A stretch of DNA of 64,000 nucleotides from Squalus acanthias. Taxonomy: Eukaryota. The translations under genes were made by a program, and so were the position numbers. Positions 51,750 through 61,459 of the stretch are shown here, in pieces; the first letter of the stretch is position 1; the number at the start of each line of letters is the position of its first letter. The DNA is taken from NCBI GenBank assembly GCA_030390025.1, contig CM059432.1, forward strand, positions 112,966,001 to 113,030,000. The letters run 5' to 3'. The notes beneath the pieces are model-generated. The model was not told where the DNA came from and searched no databases. It saw nothing but the letters and a program-made list of their open reading frames with translations.

Positions 51750-54063
51750 GACCCAGAAATTCCCTACCTTATCGCCACGAGTTAGCGCTGCAATCCTGGA
51801 GAAAAATGGCGGCTGCCACTCAAATGCCCTTCTCTGGTGCAGGACTTGGCGGCCGTCATTTTGGTGAGGGCCTTAGCACTGCTGACAGCAGCCTGACCCT
51901 GGAGATGCAAATATCAAGAGCGTGACATTACACACCGACTTAACGTCAGGCTCTGCGAGCTTTGACTTTAATGCTGAGTTTAGCGCTGGGTCCTAAGCTC
52001 GCTCTGAAAAGTGAGCGTGCGGCAGGCTGACAGAGACGCCGTCAGCCCCTCTTAAAGGGACACATACATCTTTCAGGTAAGTTTGCATTTAAGCTTTTGG
52101 ACTGGATTTTTTTTATTTTATTGAAGTAATGGCTTGGTGCAAGACATGTTAGAAGTTTTTAAAGTGTGCAGGGAGTGCTGCTGGATGCTTGCAAGGCCTC
52201 GGATGGTAAAGGATGGCCACTGAGAAGACAGAAAATGCTGGAAATACTCAGCAGGTCAGGCAGCATCTGTGGAGAGAGAAACAGAGTTAACATCTCAGGT
52301 CGAGATGCTGCCTGACCTGCTGAGTATTTCCAGCATTTTCTGCTTTTATTTCAGATTTCCAGCATTCGCTGGCAGAGGGAAGAGGAAGATGCAGAAGAGG
52401 AAGAAACAGAAGAGGAGGAAGCAGAAGGAAGGATGCAACCCAGACAGCCCCTTTCAGGCCGGGATATCTGGGATCGAATCATCTGCCTATGGTACCGGTG
52501 ACCACAACCCCAATTCCCCTTTGAACATTAGTCCCACACCTTACCTTCTCTCTGTTACTGACCATCACAGCGTCCTCTTGGCCGCAATGCTGAAATAAAA
52601 ACCACCACAAAGCAAACTTTCCAATCCAACTTAATACAATTATCCATCCAATATGACATCAAGAAATCAACTCATCACCCTTGTGCATTCCCTTAGTGAC
52701 TGTCTTGTGCGTGTCTTTGCCTATTCTACTGATGTCACACAGTGCTACCCCAGTGGCTGCAGCTTGGCTGGTGGAAGGCTGCTGACTTTCAGTGGGGGAC
52801 ACTGCAGATGGCCTTGCGGGACGACCTCGAGGAGCTGGTGGCTGGGAGTGTGAAATCGAGTGACGATGTTTCTTCACTCTCCTCTCCCTCTTCTTGGTCA
52901 CTCACTGGCTGGGCAGGCTGCATTTCTTGGGCGTGTGAAATGTGGAAGGCACAAGGGTGGAGTTGTGGTGAGGGGAGGGTGGGGAAGTAAGAGATGCATG
53001 TGAGAAGGAGGATAACGTATGAGGATACCAGCATCTTGTATCCTTTCAGCCCCGCCGCTGGCCAAGTGCTCAGGCATGTCTCTACCAAGAATGGCCAGCA
53101 CTCTCTCCTCCAAGGGAGTGAGGTGAAGCTAGGAATGGGAGGTGTGCCCCATGTTTGGTACAGATTGTTAGTAGGTGAGTGATTGGTGGTGGGTGTTGTG
53201 CATTGAGCAGTGTGTGAGACTAGTGGTGCAGTTGGTAGGAGACAGATTTTGAAGATGCATTCATTGACCTTGGCCATTGGTCTGAGGTCATGAAGCTTCT
53301 TCGGGCACTGGAACCAGGTCATGGGGGCGACACTGCTGGAAGTGACAGCCTCGGTGATGTAGTCCCACATCGTTCTTTCTGGAGGGCCTCCTGGCCCCTG
53401 TGGGTAGCGGACCTCTCTTATAGTGTTGACCCCCTGCACAAAGCTGGAGTGGTGCGTGTGAGAACCTGGGTGCCCCTTCCCTGGCTTGCTGAGCCATTTA
53501 TGTTAGTGCTGAAGCACTTATGCCATTTTTTTTAGGTGCAGAAGGCAATTCAGCTTTAAGAGCTGAAGACTCCCATTTGGGAATTCTTTTTAATGTTAAT
53601 TTTTTTTCTAGAAGGCAGTTGAGACCTCAGGGCTAAAAACTGTCTATTTTTACATGATTTTAATTTTTTTTATTTCAGAAGGCAGTTCCCCTTTGATGAA
53701 AGGTCATCGACCTGAAACGTCAACTCTCTTTCTCTCTCCACGGATGCTGCCTGGCCTGCTGAGTTTTTCCAGCGTTTTCTGTTGTTATTCCCCTTTAAGG
53801 GATGGACTGCTCTCTGAAATGACAGCCTCGCTTTAAGAGAAGGCTGTTCTTGCTGCAATGACACTACGGCCAGGCTACATTGGGCCTCCTGCCGGGACTA
53901 ACAGCACGAAACCGGCCTTGCATGGTGAGTTTAGCGCTGGGCTAATGTTAATTAGCAACCAGCGCCAATTTACCGGTCCTGCCAGCGTCACCATTTTCAG
54001 CGGCCGTTAACACCAGCCTGTGGTGGCACTGGCAGGGTTTTGACGATGTTGAATTTCTCACCC
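51750..54063 (-). mobile_element. Non-autonomous Harbinger carrying a Myb/SANT-like pseudogene (copy 2, inverted relative to copy 1)
   Basis: Colinear with the reverse complement of 30163-32361; termini GACCCAGAAATTC / GAATTTCTCACCC; MAQQAREGAPRFS...MWDYITEAV...TWFQCPKKLHDL; TSD degraded. Confidence 0.9.
53695..53787 (+). ncRNA. Penelope-type short insertion with 5'-clipped hammerhead core (family A)
   Basis: GAUGA-A-AGGUC(AUC)GACCU-GAA-ACGU-C-AACU; 9-bp TSD TTCCCCTTT at 53686-53694 and 53788-53796. Confidence 0.82.
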
Positions 54064-54157
54064 ATATACACAACATCAACATCCCTTCTACCATCCAGCT
54101 GTGATGAGATAACTCAGCACCGACCAGAGATCAAAACCCGGACCTTCCTTGCCTGTA

Positions 54158-54840
54158 CATAAGAACATAAGAAATAGGAGCAGGAGTAGGCCATTCGGCC
54201 CCTCGAGCCTGCTCCGCATTCAATAAGATCATGGCTGATCTGATCTTGGCCTCAACGCTACTTTCTCGCCCACTCCCCATAACCCTTGACTCCCCTGTAG
54301 CTCAAATATATGTCTATCTCCGCCTTGAATATATTCAATGACTCCGCCTCCACAGCTCTCTGGGGAAGAGAATTCCAAAGATTCACGACCTTCTGAAAGT
54401 AGAAATTCCTCCTCATCTCTGTTTTAAATGGGAGACCCCTTATTCTGAAACTATGCCCTCTCGTTCTAGATTCCCCCACGAGGGGAAACATCCTCCCTGC
54501 ATCTACCCTGTCAAGCCCCCTCAGAATCTTATATGTTTCAATAAGATCACCTCTCATTCTTCTAAACTCCAATGAGTATAGGCCCAACCTGCTCAACCTT
54601 TCTTCATAAGACAACCTCTTCATCTCAGGAATTAGCCTAGTGAACCTTCTCTGAACTGCCTCCAATGCAAGTTTATCCCTCCTTAAATAAGGAAACCAAA
54701 ACTGCATGCAGTACTCCAGGTGTGGTCTCACCAACGCCCTGTACAGTTGTAGCAAGACTTCCCTATTTTTATACTCCATCCCCCTTGCAATAAAGGCCAA
54801 CATTCCATTTGCCTTCCTAATTACTTGCTGTACCCGCATG
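54158..54840 (-). mobile_element. 5'-truncated CR1 LINE
   Basis: 193-aa open RT C-terminal frame; tail CATAAGAACATAAG. Confidence 0.95.
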
Positions 54841-55871
54841 TAGAGCTAGTACTGCACTGCACTTATTCACTGAGCCATCAAGGGAGCCTGTTCGAATGTT
54901 CACAACCTAATTTGAATTGTTACCAGATCATCCAAGTCTGCTTCCCCTGCCGTCTCCACATACAGCTGTAGTGAAAATGGTGGATTCTGCGAGGCTGTGT
55001 GTCATTTGTTCTAAACCTGTCCACCAGCAAGCAGTCCTGACCAAACGATACAGGGGTGATCCACATGCACCATTCAGTGATGTAGAAAGATTACCTAACT
55101 TCTCATCAACTGAGAACGTTTGTGGTCTGTGTCCACTCAGATACTCACTGGATAAATCCACGAAGAAAATCAGTGGTTGTTGCTCTTTGGCCTTGTGAAA
55201 TGATACCTTTGAAAGTGAAAATTTGATTTCCACCATATGTCTCCATCTGAGTGTTAAAGAGTCTGGCCGCTAAATGTGGCTCTGTACTGCCTGGTTTTTC
55301 GGTGATCGGGTGCCGATTCGGGTCCAAAATAGCATCAGCAGCGCGGGCGCTAACTTCTGGTGTGGGCCGCGCTGGATGCCATTTTGGGCAGGTCGTTAGC
55401 GCGGGCGCTGGAAAGAAGAAAGAAAGAAAGACTTGCATTTATATAGCGCCTTTCACGACTACCGGACATCCCAAAGCGCTTTACAGCCAATGAAGTACCT
55501 TTTTTGAAGTGTAGTCACTGTTGTAATGTGGGAAACGCAGCAGCCAATTTGTGCACAGCAAGCTCCCACAAGCAGCAATGTGATAATGACCAGATAATCT
55601 GTTTTAGTGATGTTGGTTGAGGGATAAATATTGACCAGGACACCAGGGATAACTCCCCTGCTCTTCTTTGAAATAGTGCCATGGAATCTTTTACGTCCAC
55701 CTGAGAGGGCAGACGGGGCCTCGGTTTAACGTCTCATCCAAAAGACGGCACCTCCGACAGTGCAGCACTGTCTCAGCACTGCACTGCAGAGTCAGCCTAG
55801 ATTTTTGTGCCCAAGTCTCTGGAGTGGGACTTGAACTCACAACCTTCTGACTCAGAGGTGAGTGTGCTACC

Positions 55872-58653
55872 AATATTTTTAAAAATATATTATTTATTGA
55901 ACATTAAAAACATTTACAGCATCGTCATCATTCCATTGTATCATACAAATCCATTCCGCCGCTCTGCACAGCCATTCCTCAACCACATATTAACATCAAA
56001 ACCTGAAGTTTAATTTGTCTCCCATAACATATACTAATTTATTGTACCTTAAAAATTGATCAGTAATCATGGCTCTGAATAAGGGAAGTGTGCTTGATAA
56101 TCCTCCCATCATTTAATCTCCGGCCCTTCCCTCCTCTCATGCTCCTTCCCAACTTTTCGGGCAGCTGTTGCTTTCTTCTGCAGCCTCTGGCTCTTTTTCA
56201 CCTCCTGTTTGAACTTTCCCTGCAGTTTCAGCCTCTTCCTTACATGAGGTTTGGGCCGAGGAGCTGCCCCTTCTCCCTCCTTCTACCCTTCACTAACCTT
56301 TCCATTTCCACACGATGCCACCCCACCCCCCACTTCCATGTCTCTGTCCCCCTCTGACTCCTCACTCTCGAGCTCTTCTGTAACCTCCCGTCCCTGCTCC
56401 CCGTCAGATATATAGGCCCAGAAATTGATCTCGCTCTGTTCCCGCGGGGGTAAGCCTTCCCCGCGATGTCTCACCTCGCTTATGCTTTTTCTGATCCAGC
56501 TCGCACGAACTTGATGTTCCAGACATCAGCTGTGCTGGGCTTGCGTATCCCAGCGGCGTAGTGAATTCGTGCGAGCTGTGGGATCACGTGACTCAGTTAG
56601 AGCCAATGGCAGCACACCATCTTCCATTCATAAGTCTCACAGCATGGCTGTGAGACTTATGAATCTTACACCCCCCCAAAATAACAGCTAAACCTCAATT
56701 AAATTAAAAAAAAAACCCATCACATTAATAAAATAAGTATAGTTAATTAAATTAACCATTTTAAATAAAAAATTAAATTTTTGAAAAAATTTAAAATCTT
56801 TTAAAAAGTTATAAAAATAAACTTACCTGTCTTTAAAGTCTATAAAAAAGATATACCTGTAAAAAAAAATTCAAAAAAATACTTAATTCACTACTTACCT
56901 TCTTAAAAGTGGGTCTTACTCCTCCTTTTTACATTTCCAAAATCTTCCCTACTTACCTGCGCGTCCAAAGCATGAAGTGCACAGCGTGCGCGCAGCCTGT
57001 AGCGCGCACGCGATGCACCCAGGCCCCGCCCCCTTTTCGGAAGAGCAATTGCCGGTTTTCAGCGCATGCGCAGGGCATGCAGAAAACCGGCAATTGGAGT
57101 GGGAATACGCGAGAGTATGCAGTGCGTACTCTCGCGTCCCGGGATCAATTTTCGGCCCATAATCTTCCTTAGAGAGTCTTCCTGCTATCACAATTTCTCC
57201 CACAGTGCCACTCCCTTCGGCCTCAATTTCACTGCTGACCCTTGCTCCCCATTTCTTCTCTCTCTGGGACAATGGCATCTGCACCTATCTTGCTCCCTTC
57301 TGGCGTCTTTGTCTCCCCGCTCCCATCCTGCTGCCCCTTTAAGGCTCCTGCCACTTGCACCCTCTCCTTGTCTTGCCCCCTCCTGCTCCCCGAGATGTCT
57401 GACTCCCCATCTTTCTTTGGAGTACTTACACTTACCCTGCACCCCACGCCCGCCTCCTCTCCCCCCGCGGACACCAGATTCTTTAGGGAAAGCCGAGCTG
57501 TATTATGGCATTACTCTGCCCTCAATCCGTGCTGCCCGCTGCTGTCTTTGTCCTTTTCCACCGTACTTGGTGTGTTTTCCACCATCTCCATCCTTTTCTC
57601 TGCTCCGCAATTTTCTGCCTTTTCCTGCGCTTTTCTCCTTCCATTCACCAGCTGTGTCCTCCGCCTGCTCGCTCCTCCAGCCGCTCCACTCACACCTCCT
57701 GCTCCTTCTCCTTCTCTCATCTCCTCGTCACTCAAGGGGCTTCCTTCTGCCTCACACTCACAGCGGGTGGGGCCTTTATGACACACCCCACAGCTCTCCG
57801 TCTTGCAGCTCCGAGTGATGTGTCCAGACTTGCCGCAGTTATAACAGTACAAGTCTGGACAGCTTCTTACAAGATGGTCGTGTCCAAGACAATAATAACA
57901 AACCTTCACCTGGTTATCGTGCAGTACCCGGAAGTACTGCACTCCTTCCTTTGTCTCGAATTTCATGCTATACGGCAATGACTTCACCCCCTCTGGGAAC
58001 CGTACCTTTACATAACGGGTTCCATCTGCTCCCCACGTTCCTGGATAGTATCTCCTCTTTATTGCTGAGAAAATTTTAATGTCCCACAACTCCAACTTTT
58101 TTATTAGCACATCGACCTCAATATAAACTGGCAGGTTTAAGAATGAGACCACCACCTCTTCAGAATATAGCAGAGATACCTCCAAGAACTTACCTCTAAC
58201 CTTCAAACTCAGTAAAAGTTTTTCCACCTCCTCTCGGCCACTGATCATCACCTCGAACACAACATTCGGCTTTGGTCGGCAGACAAAGCAGCTTCCCTCG
58301 CCACAGTCCTCATGTACCGCCTGGATAATATCCCAAGCTCATATCTCCTTATATTCGCACTGAACCACCACCGTGTTTTCTTTTCCAAACCTCCTGGGGT
58401 CCCGGCCCAAATCTTTGGGCCTTTTTTTCTCCCTTCCCCCAACATTTTCTCCCCTGATTAAATTCATCCTGGGAACATTGTCCTCTGAGGGGCTCGGCAC
58501 TCCAGGCCCCTCAGAGTGTGGCTGCTGTTTAAAGACCAAAAAGGCCCTAAAACCTGAAAAAAAACCACCACCAACTTTTTACAAACTCACTCCAACTCCC
58601 TGCAGTAATCAAGCACCCAGCAGCAGCTGCTCACTCCTAGCTCCTCCCGCCTA
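55872..58653 (-). mobile_element. ORF1-only Tx1/L1-like retroelement (gag-like zinc-knuckle protein, ZCCHC3-like; pseudogenised)
   Basis: 12-bp TSD GAG(T/A)GTGCTACC; VVVSFLNLPVYI..DGTRYVKVRF..SLPYS..CYYCLGHDHLVRSC..CYNCGKSGHITRSC; AATAAA on minus strand at 55893-55898; no EN/RT sequence. Confidence 0.85.
56415..57158. mobile_element. PIF/Harbinger-like MITE (copy 2 of the 7642-8374 family)
   Basis: TIR GGCCCAGAAATTGATC / GATCAATTTTCGGCCC, TSD ATA. Confidence 0.9.
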
Positions 58654-60082
58654 GAGAGTGCTACCCACTGAGCCACAGCTGACACTGAAGTTTGCAGAGT
58701 ACTCAGATCGTGACATCAGTCAGCGTGTAATGTTGATTTTACGCCAGCACTGCTATTTTCGACCTCACCGCTAACTCCCTCTCTTAAAGACGCACAGCTG
58801 AACATGCGTTCAGCAGCAAGAAGGACCCCCACCAGTGCTATTTAAAGGGATTATCACCTGCTTTCAGGCTAGTTGCTGATTGATTTCTACTGGCTCTTGG
58901 TGAGTTTTTACAAGTGTTTGGTGGTTTGTTATCTTATGTTAATCTTCTGCTCAGACCACTTGCCCGTGGGCGCAGTAGTCTCTATCCATCTTGTCCTGCA
59001 AGAAAGATAGAAGTGTGCCAATGAGTGGTGCAATGTGTTTGGGTGATATGCCTGTCATGGTTGATTAGCTGGCAGTGAGTGCAAGCTGTGAGATGTGGGT
59101 GTGAGGCTTGCAGCAGTGCTAAATGTGTGAGGTGAAGCTATGATTGTGAGTCATGAGTCGTGATTGATAGAGATTGTTGGTACGTGAGTGATGGGGTGTG
59201 GTAATTTGAGCAGTGGCTGAGGCTAGTGGTGCCGTTGGTGGAATACAGTATTTGAAGATGCATTTACTTACCTTGACCACTCGTGTGAGGTCATTAAACT
59301 TCTTTCAGCACTGCAGCCAGGTCCTTGGGGCTATACTCCTGGCACTGACCACAATGGCTATCAACTCCCACTGCCTTCTCACAGTTTGTCTGGAGGGCCT
59401 CCCGGCCCCCTGTAGATACAGGACAACTCTCCTGTCCACCTTCTGCACCAGGGCATCGAGTGCTGCATCAGAAAATCTGGAAGCCCTCTCTCTGCCATGC
59501 TGCGTCATCTTCACCCTTCCTGTAGGTCACACACTCCTCTACAACGACTTCCAGTACCTGCTCCAGCAAGAATGAACCTCCCCCTCAAGAGGTGCAGGCT
59601 GGCTTTAAGAAGTGCAGACTAGCCTTAATTGGTGCTAGCCTCGAACAAACTTGGGCCCCTTGCTGAGGCGTGCAGTCATTCAGCAAACCGCTCAGTGCTG
59701 GGCTGTACACCACAATCATTATAATTACCAGGCAGCGCGAAGTTTGCGTGCTACCTGCATTACTGAACTGGCATGGGTTGATCGCGCATCACGATCCCCG
59801 TGCCCGTTTTCGGGGGCAATCAAATTTTTAGCCCTCTATGTCGCCACCAGCACTGTGACATGATAAATATAAATGTCCCCACACCAAGGGTAACCAGAGA
59901 ACACACCAGTGACAAAATCGACCCAAACTACTTTGTGACGTCACCTTGTCACTGGGATGCCATGCTGTGAAGATTATGATTTTGATATTTCCCTGCACTA
60001 GTTACCAGCTAAACTTAAATTATTGTAACAAAACTACTTACTCGCAGCCTCGCTGCTCAGTCAGCCCATCACTGTTGCTTAC

Positions 60083-60934
60083 TAGAATCATAGAAAGTTA
60101 TAGCACAGAAGGAGGCCATTTTGGCCCATCGTGTCCGCGCCGGCCAACAAAGAGCTATCCAGCCTAATCCCACTTCCCAGCTCTTGGTCCGTTGCCCTGC
60201 AGGTTAGAGCATCCCAAGTGCACATCCAAGTAGTTTTTAAATGTGGTTAGGGTTCCTGCCTCTACCACCCTTTCAGGCAGTGAGTTCCAGACCCCCACAA
60301 CCCTCTGGGTGAAGAAATTTCCCCTAAAATCCTCTCTAAACCTCCCCCAATTACTTTAAATCTGTGCCCCCTTTTTTGACCCCTCTTCTAAGGGAAATAG
60401 GCCCTTTCTATCCACTTTATCTATGCCCCTCAAAATTTTATACATCTCAATAAGGTCTCCCCTCAGCCTCCTCTGTTCCAAGGAAAACAGACCCAGCCTA
60501 TCCAATCTTTCCTCATAGCTAAGATTCTCTACTCCCGGCAACATTCCTGTAAATCTCCTCTGTACCCTCTCTAGTGCAATCACATCTTTCCTGTAATGTG
60601 GTGACCAGAACTGCACGCAGTACTCTAGCTGAGGCCTAACTAGTGTTTTATACAGTTGAAGCATAACCCCCCTGCTCTTGTAGTCTATGCCACGGCTAAT
60701 AAAGGCAAGCATTCCATATGCCTTCTTAACCACCTTATCTACTTGGCCTGCTACCTTCAGGGATCTGTGGACATGCACTCCAAGGTCCCTTTGTTCCTCT
60801 ACACTACTCAGTGTCGTACCATTTAATGTGTATTCCCTTTCCTTGTTAGCCCTCCCCAAATGCATTACCTCACACTTCTCCGGATTGAATTCCATTTGCC
60901 ACTGTTCTGCCCACCTGACCAATTTATTGATATC
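60083..60934 (-). mobile_element. 5'-truncated CR1 LINE
   Basis: 188-aa RT C-terminal frame, nearly the same as 9240-10307; tail TAGAATCATAGAA. Confidence 0.95.
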
Positions 60935-61459
60935 TTAAAACTGTTAAAAGATATGAAATCAGCTGGATATAGAATGAAACTGAAGGACTGCAGCTTTAAG
61001 TAACAGATAGGAGATCCAGAGCTGAAATAAGAGTGAAGGTGAGGTAGGCTCAAGTGGATGGAAAGTGAAGTCTCAGAGACAAAAGAACATTCACACAATT
61101 AATCCACCCTTTGTAACATTGTATCTTCTTTTATGTTTTTAATTAAGCCAGTTAATGAGCAAGTGTTTTATAAAAAAAAACTGATGCTTATGCAAAAACA
61201 GACTTATCGAATTGCGAACCATTGCATGACAAAGCCAGCAATTAATCTTGTGAGACTATGGCACGGTGTGGCACTAAAGCTGGCGGCTCATTGACACTGG
61301 CAATAATGCAGCGGGCTCCTCTCTGGGCAGTAGCACGACATTGGGATGTAGTCACCTGTGGTCTCCTGGTTCAACTTTGTGCAAGGGATTCTGCAAATCC
61401 CGCTCAAAAGGTTGATTTGATGAAAATGACCCGTTGGCAATAAAGTACCTGGTGTTAAA

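Larger units (their letters stand above)
55412..58685 (-). mobile_element. Full-length tRNA-headed Deu-domain SINE (SacSINE1-like), split by the insertion at 55872-58653
   Basis: Head GTGTCAGCTGTGGCTCAGTGGGTAGC (A box), GAGTTCAAGTCC (B box), central GATGAGACGTTAAACCGAGGCCCCGTCTGCCCTCTC, L2-like tail with (TTTC)n. Confidence 0.88.
55265..59834 (-). mobile_element. Harbinger derivative with Myb/SANT-like pseudogene (own sequence 55265-55411 and 58686-59834)
   Basis: TSD TCT at both ends, terminus AATTTTTAGCCC (left TIR degenerate); MTQHGRERASRFSDAALDALV...WELIA...RTWLQC*KKFNDL then AAG|GTAAGT donor at ~59272. Confidence 0.75.

Noticed and set aside
57066..57981. Several long + strand ORFs
   Set aside because: Antisense shadows of the purine-rich ORF1 on the minus strand; no recognisable domains.
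55810..58685. tRNA gene
   Set aside because: The A/B boxes belong to a SINE head continuous with the Deu domain and L2-like tail.
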